Of a stretch of 64,000 nucleotides of DNA, positions 24,222 through 37,578 are shown piece by piece. Both the position numbers and the translations under genes were made by a program. This DNA is from Vicugna vicugna (Eukaryota). The stretch covers positions 480,054 through 544,053 of the forward strand of contig MU057632.1 of NCBI GenBank assembly GCA_013265495.1. The letters run 5' to 3'. Within the stretch, counting starts at the first letter, position 1, and each line of letters starts with the position of its first letter. The notes beneath the pieces were generated by a model. It was not told the origin of the DNA. It saw only the letters and a program-made list of their open reading frames with translations, and made no database searches.

Positions 24222-25789
24222 TGTGTTCATTTTGAATGCTGGCCTTCTACTGTATTAGGCGCTGTGATGAATAAAAATGAACAAATGATGCGGAAGCAGT
24301 CTTCATCTCATGAAGCCCATGAAGAGATTCTATAAATCCAGAAAAATAGCTGAGTACATGTCAAGAAGTATGCGAAATCCTTTGTACACAGGAAGCCATG
24401 AAGAACACGACTGGGCAGGTTAAATAACCTGACCAAATAACAAAGCCAAGAAAACTAGTTTATCAACAGGTCAGTCTTTAAGCCCAAGCCTTACTGTTCT
24501 GAAAGCTCACCTAATCACTACTTTCTAGGGATCTAGGAGGGTGTCTGTGTCATTAAAAATACAGGACAGTATTAAAAACATTCCCAAGCCTAAACCAATA
24601 CCAAAAGAAGTAGAGTCAAATAAATGCAAAACGTTTTCCTATGGGGGAAAAATCATCTTTGTGCTTTTAACCATGTGAGAGTAATTTGATAATATTATGG
24701 ATGGTGGGTTAACTTGTATTTTTCTAAGAGTAACTCTCAATTTAAGAATAATACCTCAAGGCACGCACTCCCTTTTTATCACTTTGATTCTATAATTGTG
24801 CACCAGTGATCAAGCTACACAAGTTGATAAGCCTGCCTGCTAAGACCAAGGAAAAATTAATTAAGTTTTAAAAATACAGTAAGGTGGAAAGTCACGGCAA
24901 TTTTATCTTGTACATTATTCAATAAATTCATGATGTGTTTATTATAATTTAAATACAAATATTAATCAATTATGTAGAATTTGCATCATACTATATATTA
25001 CATGTTTTCTTTGGACAACTATTTAATGTAGCTATCTTAATAAATATTGGAAAAGGAGAAATACATTAGGACTGCATAGTGGATGAGATTGACATTTGCT
25101 TAAACTTCATGGAAAAATTCAGATGTGATTTTTCAAATTGTGCCACCCACCAAAAAATGAGTCTCCTACACATTTTTAAGAGTGCTTTTTATTATATGCC
25201 AATATTTAGCTTAAAATGATTTTGATTCCAATCATCATTAGCCTGATAAAGATACAGGAACACTAACACTACCCAATTGAACTAAAATTCTTCTTTATTT
25301 CCAATTACATTTCTTTTGGTTCCTGCTAGCTTTTATAAAAATAGAATTATTAGTGTGTTTTTCTGAGAACAGAAACTTCTCACCTTAATGAATAAATGAT
25401 GTTAAAATTACAGGGATGGTGGAAAAGTCAACATTGATAGCAGAATTTCAATAAGGACTAAAATGTAAAAAAAATAAATAAATAAAATAAAATGCAGCAG
25501 TGGTAACTCCAGCAAAACTCAAACCCTACTGGCCATCAGTGTCAAGAGAAATATTTGATGGTGACCCAGCATACTCAGTTAAGTACTTCTTAAATAAACA
25601 GGATGCCAAGAAACTTCATTTCAAAGTTACCCTTCAAAATACATCACAGATTGCTGTTGGCTTTTTTCATTGATTAAAAATGGATTATCAGACAGACCTT
25701 GTTTATAATGACATGCACGGGAGGGGGTTGCAAAGAAAGGAGGGAAAAACCAAACTTAGTTTTTCAGTGTCCCTGCTCTGCAATCTGAC

Positions 25790-25990
25790 GGCTGAAGTAC
25801 AAAGCATAGCTCTGCCACCTCACCTCACTGTCTGAGTGATCTGCAGGGTGTTTCATCCTGTTTTAGCTCTGTTTTCTCCCATGTAAGACAGCACTGGCGA
25901 GAAGAGATGGCGGCAAGGATAAAATGAGACTAGGCACAGCACAGCACACGCTCGGCTACGTAGTAAGCGGTCAACGCAGACTACCTAAGT
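25790..25990 (+). mobile_element. MIR SINE relic
   Basis: agctctgccacctcacctcactgtctgagtgatctg...ctgttttctcccatgtaagacag...tagtaagcggtcaac. Confidence 0.6.
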
Positions 25991-26274
25991 TATCAAAATA
26001 ATGTTCACGACGCTGCAACAGTATCACTGGAGGGTTTTCAACAGAGGAAACACATGATCTGACTTAGGTTTTAAAAGGTCCATCCCAGCTTTGAGGTTGA
26101 GAACAGACTAGAGGGAAGGAGGGCGGACACAGGAAAATGTCCTTAAACAGCCACTGCACTGAAGAGCAGCTTGAGGATGGAGCCCGTGGTACCCAGTGGG
26201 GAGACTGTAGAGACATCATGAGGGCAGGCACGGGGGTTTGAGAGGAAGAGATGAACCAAGATAGTTAAAATTGT

Positions 26275-26301
26275 TAGTATACATGCTGCCAAAGTGAGCA
26301 C
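26275..26301 (-). pseudogene. 3'-truncated (tailless) U6 snRNA retrocopy, about nucleotides 1-27
   Basis: The minus strand reads GTGCTCACTTTGGCAGCATGTATACTA versus the U6 5' end GTGCTCGCTTCGGCAGCACATATACTA (23/27, two changes at CpGs). A 17-bp TSD aag(a/g)tagttaaaattgt lies at 26258-26274 and 26302-26318. Confidence 0.85.
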
Positions 26302-26410
26302 AAGGTAGTTAAAATTGTAGATCTTTGGTTTTTGTTTTTTGTGGAGGGGGTGATTTGGTTGTTTGCAGGGGGTCTTTGTTATTGTCTAAGTGACAATAAG
26401 GATGGAGTTT

Positions 26411-26840
26411 TGGGGTTTTTTTTAGATTTCACAGATAAGTGATATCATATGATATTTCTCTGTCCGACTTACTTCACTCAATATGACAAAATAATTTTTT
26501 AACTATAAAAATTTTTTTAAATGATACAAATTTTATTTACAAACCAAAAACAGATTCAGGGACATAGAAAACAACCTATGGTTACCAAAGGGGAAAGGGT
26601 GGGGAGGAATAAATAAGGGGTTGGGGATTAACAGACATGCATTACTCTACATAAAATAAACAACAAGGACCTACTGTATAGCACAGGGAACTACATTCAA
26701 TTTCTTATAATAACATGTAATGGAAAAAAATCTGAAAAGAAAAAAGTATATATGTATATTTATAACTGAATCACTTTGCAGTACACCTGAAACTAACATT
26801 GTAAATCAACTACACTTCATTATTATTTTTTTTTTCACAG
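26411..26840 (+). mobile_element. L1 3' end with a short inverted 5' piece and a 12-bp TSD
   Basis: A minus-strand piece at about 26416-26487 (tttagatttcacagataagtgatatcatatg...acttcactca) is followed by a plus-strand piece at about 26520-26820. aggatggagttt lies at 26399-26410 and 26841-26852. Confidence 0.85.
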
Positions 26841-28249
26841 AGGATGGAGTTTGAAGGGGGAAGATACCTAGATGAGGATGCTTTTGCAGGAGGATGAGGG
26901 GATGAGAATGACCAGCAACCTAGTTTTGGACAAGTTCAGGAAGAGACACCCATCAAACAAACATGTGGACATGTCAAGGGGGCAGCTGGATAAACAACAG
27001 AAGAGCTCCAGGCTGAAGATGTAAATGCAAAGTCACCATTGATTAAATTATACCTTAAGAAATGAGGCTCAAGTGTGAATGGCAAGTTGAAAGAAGGCAG
27101 TTCCAAGGGGACAGCTAACCACAAGGTAAATTAATTTTTCCCTCAATAGGATTTTTTTCAGAAAGCCCTTAAATTATCTGAATAATTGCTAAGCTGGAGC
27201 ATGACACCCTTTGGCATTGTCTAGAGGTTGTTAAAATATGTCTGGAAAGCTCACATCTTTTAAAGTTACACACCACTGTAAAAATAAAATAAAATAAAAA
27301 TCACAATTCTAAGAAACATCTACCAGGAAATGTGCTCACTTGAGTAAGAACACAGGAAGTGGCCAAGACTCAGGAAAAAAAGAGTTTAGTCAACAGAGCT
27401 CAACTGTTGATCCAAGGACCACTCAGCATTGCTTAGTTGCAAGTTTCAAACATTAAAATAACTCTCCACAATGCAAGTGGACAGCTGGCTACAGTCCCTG
27501 ATAACTGAGTATTTGTTCATTGAGCCAACCGGTCCCTGGGAATAAAGATGAGAAGTCAAAGCTGGAGCCCAGAGGAGCCCGGTGAGAAATCCTGTGTGTT
27601 CTCGGCAGGCTTTCCACATGCGGAGGGAGCACAGAGGTGGAGTTGGTCACTGCATCTGTGCAGCCCCAGGACAGACTTCCAGGAGGAGGTGACTTTTCAG
27701 AAGGATCCAGAACAATGCAGAAACTTGCAGGCTGAGCCTGTGCAGCAGATGAAGCAGGATAGAGGGTTTGCAGGAGATGAACTCGTCTCTGTGAGCTCGG
27801 CTTTGGCCCCTGCAGCTGCTCTGTTCTCACTTTTTCAACTGAATTGTCATCACATCGCTAAACAGTAAGTCACTGACTTCTTAAGTTGACAGAAACCAAC
27901 ATAACTGATAGACAAAACATACCACTTCATTTTCAAAGTGGACATTTATTCTTTCAGTGCCAATACTTTGGAACCTTCATCAGTGACCTAAGCACAGACA
28001 AGAAGGGAAGGATTTCAGAAGTTCCAGAAAGCTTGGTGGGCTGTCCATGCCACTTCCCAGCCTGCAGGTGCCCCAAACGCCATCAATGGTTTATGACTCC
28101 CTTGAATCTAGGTTGTGGATTAAAATGCAAACTTTGTGAGGAGTTTGGTGATATATACATCTTTTCTTCTTTTTTTTTTTTAGGGTTAGACTTTATCACC
28201 CAGATTCTACATCACCCAGACTCTATTTTTTTTATGTCCTGGGGATTTT

Positions 28250-28376
28250 TTGGGGGGGGAGTGGGGGAGGTAATTTAGGTTTATTTATTTATTTTTAGTG
28301 GAGGCACTGGGGAATTGAACCCAGGACCTCATGCATGCTAGGCATGCGAGTCTACCACTGGGCTATGTCCTCCTCC
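28250..28376 (-). mobile_element. Camelid-type tRNA-derived SINE
   Basis: ggaggcactggggaattgaacccaggacctcatgcatgctaggc...ctaccactgggcta. Confidence 0.88.
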
Positions 28377-28568
28377 TGGGATATTTACATCTTAAAGTCA
28401 CTTAAATGCATTAAATTCTGGGGACCTCCCCAAGAAAAGTGAAGTTGAAGAAGTTGCAAGGTAAGAAGAACAACTGATAATAGGTCGATTTGGGACTACC
28501 AAAGATGAACTGTTACTTTACAGGTTGCATTCAATTCTCTTATAAAATCATAGCAATTATACAGGTTT

Positions 28569-28569
<1 letters not shown>

Positions 28570-28600
<31 letters not shown>

Positions 28601-28682
28601 CACACACAAATATATACACATATATATACACATATATATAATAATGATATATATATATATATATATAATATTTATAAATATA
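28570..28682. repeat. (TA)n/(CA)n compound microsatellite
   Basis: Visible run. Confidence 0.95.
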
Positions 28683-29073
28683 AAAGCTGTCACTATCATA
28701 ACATCTCTTGCAAATAAAACAGTGAATTTCTAGCTGCAAAGGCCTTTCTCTGAGGGAAGCGGTTCAAGGTCTTGGCCTGGTCCGTGATGCTGAGTAAACT
28801 CACTGATCACCTCCTGGGGACCCCTCAGAGTGGACGAGGTGCTGCTCTTCCCTTAGGCTCTCACAGCCCATCCAGCAAACTCCAAAAGCTTCGAAAGTAA
28901 GATAACTAATCTTTTCTTGCTCTAAGAAAGTACATTATAATATTTCAATCTATTTCATTAAAAAAGGCCCCAGTTAACAACTGGATGGGTTAATTGAGGA
29001 GACAGATTTTGAAAGAGGATGAGAAAAATACTAAAAATCACACTGTATTTTTTAAAAAGTTTATTTATTTACT

Positions 29074-29202
29074 TGGGGGTGAGGTAACTAGGTTTATTTA
29101 TTTATTTAATTATTCATTTATTTAATGGAGGTACTGGGCATTGAACCCAGGACCTTGTGCATGCTAAGCACACACTCTTACCACTGAGCTATACCCTCCC
29201 CC
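29074..29202 (-). mobile_element. Camelid-type tRNA-derived SINE
   Basis: ggaggtactgggcattgaacccaggacc...ccactgagctataccctcccc. Confidence 0.9.
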
Positions 29203-29291
29203 TCCATACTAAGATCTCTCTCAATTAAAAAATATGACTTGATTACTCATTGTATTTAAGTGAAGGCTCAAAAAAATTTATGGAATGGATT

Positions 29292-29430
29292 TTTGTTTGT
29301 TTTTTGTTGTTGTTTTTTGGGGAAGGTTATTAGGATTATTTATTTACTTTAATGGAGGTACTGGGGATTGAACCCAGGACCTCATGTATGCTAAGCATGT
29401 GCTCTACCACTGAGCTATACTCTCCCCCCT
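29292..29430 (-). mobile_element. Camelid-type tRNA-derived SINE with TSD
   Basis: SINE body flanked by tggaatggatt at 29281-29291 and 29431-29441. Confidence 0.92.
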
Positions 29431-31079
29431 TGGAATGGATTCTTTTTTAAAGCAGGATCTCTTTTTTTCCCTCCATCATTTTATTGGGATTTAAATTGTA
29501 CCTTGATTCATAGGATTTTGCTTAAAAATAAAATAATTTGTTTTAGGATGTTATATAATAATGTCTTCAAGCACCTAGTGACAGAGCCAAATGTATCCCA
29601 GACACACTGGTCACAGTGATTAGGTCCAAGCCCAAAATCATGGCCAGAGATGAAGGGCTCACAGTGGACACGCAAACATGTGGTGGCAAAACCTCATGGA
29701 GCATAAAGATCAGGAAGGTGAGTCTATGACATTTATTTGATCCATAAATAAAGAAAACGAGATTTACTTTTCATTGGGCAAAAGGACAAAAAAAGCAAGG
29801 CCAAGGATGACTGGTTAATCACTGAGTCTTGTCTTACTGCTTTTTGTGTTAGACAGTTCATTATAATTAAATGCATTTCATTATTGCAAAGATGCAACAG
29901 ATGACTTAGTAATATGATATCATAACTAAAATGCTCTTTGCTCAGAGATTATTCTCTTTACTGAGTGAGAAACTGAGATTCACGAAAAATAAATAAAGCA
30001 ATAAATTTTTGAGAGTACCAATTGCTCCTGATGGAATACCTGGTAGAGATGCATTTGAGGCTTGAACCCAGAAGGCAGACACGCAACATCCAAGTTACAG
30101 TTGGGGAGGGGAGCAGTTGTCTTTCTAGAGTAATTACTTAACTCCTAAAACTCCTGGGGCAACCAGTTCCTAACCCCACACTGTCTTATATGGCCTGAAT
30201 CCCCAGTGAAATCTGGTCATGTGAGGATCCAGGACAAGTTGACTAGAAGCAGCAAATGACTTGATTTACGTATCCACTTTCATGGCCCCGAGAAGGTGAG
30301 GAGATTCTTTTAACACAGAACAAAAGAGGTCTTCTACAGCCAAGATTCACCGGTGCCAAATTAGAGCGCAGCGGCTCAGTGTGGGCCAAACATCTGAGGG
30401 CAGAGTGGAAAATTAAAACAAACATGCAGACATGTGCTGTATGGAATTCCACGTGAAATGTTTCCAGAGATTTGCATTTGGGGAGCCCCATATATAGTCT
30501 CTTTCCTTCCCATCCTGGTGTGGACTTTCATTGATGCTGGGCTGAAACCATAGGTTCCCACTGTTCTGTTTCACTGCAGAGCGTACCACACCCCGCCTAC
30601 CTCTGCTGCAGTAATGTCCTTCCCCCGCTCAGCATCCAGCAGTGGCTTCTTACTGCCTCCAGAACCGGCCAGGATGTTCTCACACAAGCACTCACAGTAC
30701 ACCCACTTTTTCCTCTGCCCTAAGCTCCTACTCTCCCATTTTTAGGTCCCCTCTCCTCCAGGCAACAGGACAGTCATCCCCCAGGAACCCCACACAATGA
30801 GCCCATCTCCAGGCTTCGCTTACACTGTTCTCATTGCAGGAACAGCCTCACTCTCCATCCCTACTCCTCGTTTCTAACTCTGCCTCCTCTAAGAGCCTTG
30901 CTTGCTCTCTCAGCCAGATGGGCTCTTTCTCCTTAGGAACTTCACAGTCCTTTGGAAGTATCCCACAGCGATCCCAGCACTCTCCTTGGTGTCACGGTAA
31001 TTTACATAAGTGGCTCCTGACACTTGAAGATTGTGAGCTTGTAGGGTTTTTGTTGTTGTTGCTTTTGTTTTTGTTAGCA

Positions 31080-31572
31080 TTTTTTAAAATTTAAGTATAG
31101 TCAGTTTACAATGCTGTGTCAATTTCTGGTGCACAGCATCATGTTTCAGTCATACATACACATACATATATCCCTTGTCATATTCTTTTTCATTACAGTT
31201 TGTTCTCTAGGTTTGTGAGTCTATTTCTGTTTTGTAAATAAGTTCATTTGTGTCTTTTTAAAAGATTCCACATATAAGTGATATCCCATGGTATTTCTTT
31301 TTCTTAGAATGATGATCTCCAGGTCCATCCATGTTGCTGCAAATGGCATTATTTTATTCTTTTTTATGGCCAAGTAGTATTCCATTGTGTGTGTGTGTAT
31401 ACATATATGTACATATATGTATATCACATCTTCTTTATCCAGTCATCTGTCGATGGACATTTGAGACATCTCCATGTCTTGGCTATTGTAAATAGTGCTG
31501 CTGTAAACACTAGGGTGCATGTGTCTTCCTGAATTTTTTTCGGACATATGCCCAGGAGTAGGATTGCTGGCT
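31080..31572 (-). mobile_element. L1 3' segment with an internal deletion
   Basis: ORF 31221-31427 (TMEYYLAIKKNKIMPFAATWMDLEIIIL) is L1 ORF2 C-terminus. Confidence 0.9.
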
Positions 31573-34500
31573 TGTGTTTCTCAGAACCCAACACATTGCT
31601 CGAAGATGCACAGTCAATACAGATTTGTTAACGTGAACTGACCCGGGCAGTATCTGAGGTCTCCTTTGGTGACTGACTGTTGGGGCATAAACATTATAGG
31701 TCCATTACAGTTGATTCCGAAAACTTTTTCTCCACTCTCCCCCTTTCATGTGCACATAGCCACTGAGAGAAAACATCCACAGTTTTTTTCTTTAAAAGAA
31801 AATCCGTGCTACTGAATGTAACAAAAGAAGGGAAGCATTATTTATCAGAAATATGTCTGGCTGACTACAAATGATGCAGAAAATTGCAGAACTGAGCATT
31901 TCCAAGCATATGAGCCATGCACTTTCAGGATTTAAGCAAAAACGCATTCTTCATTGTTCACTGAACAACTGCTTCCATACCTTGACTTTAATGAGAACAA
32001 TGATTTCATACTAGAATAAGTAGATGTGTGCAATCATTTTTGTAGGTAAATATGGTAGATAGAAGCCAAGAAGAATCTATCTTTATTTTCTATCACTATC
32101 ATGTATAAAAAGGATCCTAAACTCTTAAAAATACATGCAGTGTCTATAAAAGTGATGCTTCTGAATGAACACCCATCATGTTCTGAAGCCCTCTTCTCCC
32201 CTAATACAGCAGTCTCTTGATACGTCTTCAGCCTCCTGAGTTGGTGCCTTGGCGAGCCATTCCTTGTCTCCTCTCCTATTTGTAATCATCGGCCAGTTCT
32301 TCCTGCCTTGCACAGCACTCCCACTCCTCACTTCCCCAGAAAACCGACTCACAAACTTACATATTTCCCTCCTAGGTTTCTTCCCTAAGCTTAATATCTG
32401 GTACCCAGTTGTCCCACAATAAGTATCTCCTGAACAAATAAGCAAACAACGAAGCATAAAAGTTCTGGTCCAATGTGTGGGGTGCTTACAGGACATCTTC
32501 ACTGCAGTGACCTTTGGTCACTTCCAACTCCACGTGTCCCAAACACAACCGAGTATTTCCTCTCCTCTCCCTCCGACCCTGCCGCACATCCCAATTTCCT
32601 TCTGCTCCTATTTTTGTATTACATGGTCTCAAAATACGGAGTCCTTTCTGTTAATTTCTTTGTCTCCTCCTATCTAAAATATTGATTATTCCTGTTGCTA
32701 CATTCCTATGGTATTATTCTGGGCTATGTTTACAACAAGAATTCAGTCATAATATCTAGCATTGACTAAGTGTTCAACACATGACAGGCAATGAGTGAAG
32801 TTCTATATGGAGTCTTTTTAATTAATTTTCAACATTACTGTATGAGAAGACGCTACCATTATTTCTGTTTTACAGATGAGAAAACAATCTTTCAAATACG
32901 TATTGAGTACAAGCATATGCAATTGTATATGAAACCATCTGATATCCAAGTGTATATAAGTTTCCAACACATGGTTAAATATGTAATATCTATAATGTAG
33001 TTTTTCCTAGAGCATTTTCTCTAATAAGCATTGGGAAATAGCAGTCTTGAAACAATATTAAGATAATGTCACTTTACTTGGATAATTATCTTGAACAGCA
33101 GAAGCAACTGTTTTTGTATCCATACTCAGTGACAGCAATTTTTATTTAGTACATACTTGCACTGGCAAAATAAAATGTCATATTTGCAAATATGTAATTC
33201 AGAGACTGACATCAATGCAGTCACTCCAAATAAATTTTTTTTTAACAAGCAGTATAAATGACCACAACTCTAAACTAACGGAGCTGATAAAAATCACCAA
33301 AATACAGTAACAATGCAAAAAAGGGGGAGGCATGATTTAGGCTTCTTTTTTGGGTACTGTCCACTATCTTCTTCACTCAAAAGAGTATTGAAAGAAAATT
33401 AACATCTGTGAAGCCAATTTCACAATTAGAGATGGAGGTAAAGTTATGTAAACAGACGCTGATAATACACTCAAACCAAAGGAGATCCTCAAAGCCACAG
33501 TTGGGGGACTTCAGTGCATCCAACATACGCAGTAAGTGGCTCCCACCAGCGATTCTGACAAGCTGCAGGCGGGCTACTAAACAACAACACCAAGGCTTCA
33601 AGATGTTCAGAAAGTGTCTCAGCTGAAACACAGTGTAATGAAGACCCGAGGGAGGTAGCTCTCTTTTAAAATACTTCCAAATCACTCTCGCAGAATAAAC
33701 AGACTGCAGTGAACAGTTGCTGCTCTGATTCTCACGCTTTGCAAATACCCGCGACAGTGGGAGTAGGTGGTGCCCACTGGGATGCGGGCACATCCAGGAT
33801 CCTATGGGCGCCAACACACAGGGCAGGACAGGTGGACCAGGCATGGTGGGGTTTCACTTGTAGGTTTCACGTCAGCTGCAAGCCACGTGCGTGGGGTCCT
33901 CCTCACCTTTCTCATGTTATAAACGAGGGAGCTGGACCTGGAGGCTTTATCATTCAAGATCCCACTCAGAGTAAACTGTGAAGCTGGACTGAACTTCACC
34001 TTTTGACTGGGACTGAATATTCTTTTTCCCCCAGCCTAGAGCTTCTCTGCAGATTTAAAACAGAACACTGCAATTTTGCTATAAATAAGCGTGCCCTCCA
34101 CCTTTCCAAAAGCCCCTGAGCAATTCCCGTGGCCAGGGTGAGGGAAGAAGTGGGTTGTGATGTGGACAGAAAAAAAATCCTACAGGGTCCAAGTGAACTG
34201 CGCTGGAGACAAGGAATAGGACAGAGAGAAGGGCTCCCGGTGTCATCTCCCTCCATCCTCTTTGGGCTGGCTGTGGGAGGAGGCAGGGCAGGGAGGGACA
34301 AGGAAGGGAGGAGAGGGGAGAGCTGGAGATGGAGAGAGAAACAGAGTAGGGCTCCCAGTCAGAGAGAATGATTCACAGGAGTTCATGTCCCGCACTGCTC
34401 AGGAAGCACATAATTAAAACTTCATCTTCTGCAACATCTACCAAAAAAGACACAAGACCAGAAAGCCTTTTTCTCCCCCTTCTTTTTTTCTGCTTCTGTC

Positions 34501-37154
34501 TCAAGCATCTTTAAAGTGGCCCACACATTATGGAACGATTTACATTTGATCTCCTTTTAACATCCTAGTTGGTATCTGGACTGTTGTTTAATTTATATAC
34601 TGCCTGCTCTTCTTGATGTGTAGGTCTCGTGAAAAATAAAAATAAAGAGATGTGAGTCTCTGTGGGAGTGTGTGCACTGAGACAGGACGAGAGGTGATTA
34701 AAAGAGACAGACAAAGTTCATAAAAACCTGTTTCTTACCCTATCCACTCCATCCCCTCAACCCCAAACCCTGTAATTCATGAATAAAATATAATCTGAAT
34801 TTTACATCAGCATTATAAAGATACTCATTAAGTATAAACTCTTTTAATGTCATTGTGTTATAAAATTTAATGGAAAATTTTTCTTCCCCCTAAAAATAAA
34901 CCCAAATACCACAGACATTTCCCCCAAATTCCAGCTGTCTGTTTGCTTTCCTTGTGTCTTCAGAGCTATTTTACTTTTCCTCCATCAGTAGTTTAAAGGT
35001 GTACCCTTTGATATATAATACCATTTAAAAGAGTTTAAAGGAATTAAGATTCTTTCCCAGTGTGCTAAGCAGTTTATTTTCACATAATTGAGGTACACAC
35101 TGCAAAATTAGTGCTTTAATTGGAAAACTTTCTTTACAAGTCAAAAAGCTATCATCTCAAGGAAGGAATAGACTTCTAAATCAAAGGAGAGTTTAACGAT
35201 TTAACAAGCACACAGTGCATGCATGAGTGCGTGATTTTTTGGAAGGGCCAGGCATAGGAAGAAATCATTTCTAATTTGTAAAATCCAAGAGTATTTCTAG
35301 TAAAAATATTTTTACATACCACCACACCCAAAGTATTGCATTTTTTTTCCTTCTATGTTGTTTTTTCCACTGAAGCAATCACAGCCCAAGTACATTTCTT
35401 TCTAAATACAGAGCATCCATCCATCCATCCATCCTTTCTTTCATTCATTCAATCAAACTAAAAGAGCATTCATTCTGTACTGCCAGGTGCCCAGCCCTAT
35501 GCTAGGCACTAGGAAATAGAGATGAGTAAATCCTGTTCCCACTCTTGAAGAGTTTACTGAGCAGATTAAAGGGTAATCAAGTCATTATAGTGCAATGAGG
35601 GACAGCTACTTTATTTGGACAAAAGATGTGCAAACAGGCTCTAAGCAGGCGGGAACCTCATCTCTCCCTTCACCTCCACGCACAAGGTACAATCATGGTT
35701 CACACACACAATTCACACGACCATCCCTCTCGCGTTTGGTCCCTGTTCACCCGAGATTAGCTGCTGTTCACTTCATTCTCAGAGCTGTTGTTCCCTCAGG
35801 CTCCTCCCTGAACACAGTAACTCCCTGAAGGCAGGGACCAAACTTTTCATCTTCCTATCACCAGGGCTCGTCTCACAAATGTGTGATGGAAGGAAAAAGG
35901 AAGAAAGTAACTCAGGTCAACAAGACCCCCTCCTAGTATTTTCACTGTGCCCTCCCATACGCATCGACCCCCTCCCCCAATACTGAGAACTGATCTTTTA
36001 ATCTTCTGTAAAGGTAAGAATTTAAAACATTTTCTCTTTTAAATGCACTTCCCCCCACCCAGAGGGCAAACCATTCATTTACTCTGCTGGCAGAAAAAAA
36101 CAGTGAAGTGGCAAAATGTTTAAACCAGTTTGAAAGTATTCTGGAATTTCTGGTTTCTTTTCCTCTCTTTTTTACACAGCTATATAAATGTGGGCTTGTT
36201 CTGAAAGTCAGCCTGAAACACACATTTCACGGTATTCGCAGGACTTTTTTTTTTTCCTTTTCACATTGCATTTGGCTGGGCAGTTGTTTAAAATGTGGTA
36301 TAACCAGACTGCACCAATTTATACTGGTTATTTCAAAATAGATGTCTGTGAGTCACTGTTTTTATGCACTTCAGCTAGTCAGCCAGTTCACAGAAGAAAA
36401 AAAATGATTAGGGTAAATTATCAGAACAATTACTAGATGAATGATCTAATACAGATTAAGTTTTAAGAAAGAAGACAAGGAAAGGAAACACTTTATATCT
36501 CACTTAAGTGCATTTTAACTGTCCAATCAAACCAATAATCATGTAAGTATTATTTTAGAAGAATGGAAAATGGAGTTTAATACTGTAAGAATCACTAAGT
36601 ATTTGAATCATGAATAAAAATGGATAATAGTCAGAAAAAGACTGTCTGTATTAAACATACTTGGCTCCTCAGTCTCGTCAGTCTCTGTATATTTATTCAA
36701 TGAGCCAGGCTTCTGGCATTTTATTTCTATTTGCCACCTGGTGAATAAAAATGTGTTAAGTTCATGCCGTCTGTGACCTTTTACTAAAAATGCTGTTCCT
36801 TAATCATATTCTGCATTGGTGGTCAGAGTTTGATGCCAAGAATTTGCTTGTCATCTGAATTCCCTTCCACATGAAATCCATCACCCACTGGATTACACCA
36901 CCCCATATGATCGCCCACGAGGTGACACGGCGAACGGCAGAATTTTCTATGCCCAGGAGGTAGTGTCATTCTTTAAAGAATCTTCCAAGAGCCACAAAGA
37001 CAGTTAGAGCAAGGACAGAGTCTGGGTATTCTGGTCATCGGTGCTCCAAGATAGTTAACAGGGTATGTAAATCCATGTCCCTGTGAAATTTCACTGTGGG
37101 GCACAAAACTCTTGACTGAGTCTTCAACCCAAAGTCCCACATATAGTCACACAG

Positions 37155-37397
37155 ACTGCTTGTGGGAAGGGATAAATTGGGAGCTTGAGATTTGCAGGTA
37201 CTAATGACTATATATAAAATAGATGAACAACAAGTTCATACTGTGTAGCACAAGGAACTATGTAAATACATCTTGTAGTAATTTATCATGAAAAAGAATG
37301 TGAAAATGAATATATATATGTTCCTATATGACTGAAGTACTGTGCTATACACCAGAAATTGACACATTGTAAACTGACTATACTTCAATAAAAAAAA
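37155..37397 (+). mobile_element. L1 3' end
   Basis: gggaagggataaattgggagcttgagatttgcagg...gtaaactgactatacttcaataaaa. Confidence 0.9.
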
Positions 37398-37578
37398 GTT
37401 TACTGAATGACAGAAGAGATGAAATAAAAAGGGAAATGTTCATTTCATCAAGTGTAAGGTGCATCTGCAGTCAACGTGGCATTTTTCTGTGAATGTGCTT
37501 CTTGTCCACTACACGGTGACTGCCTCACCCAAGCTAGTGTTCTAGTGCTTCTTGTCAACACTGAGATCTAAGGGGTCC

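Larger units (their letters stand above)
26025..27070 (-). mobile_element. Fragmented L2 relic that hosts younger insertions
   Basis: gagggttttcaacagagg...atgatctgacttaggttttaaaagg near 26030, and agttttggacaagttcagg...ggcagctggata...ggctgaagatgtaaat near 26920. Confidence 0.6.

Noticed and set aside
27548..27868. 106-aa ORF with protein-like composition (DFQEEVTFQKDPEQ)
   Set aside because: gacttccaggaggaggtgactttt resembles a common L2 3' motif. There is no recognisable protein family, poly(A) or TSD to suggest a processed pseudogene.
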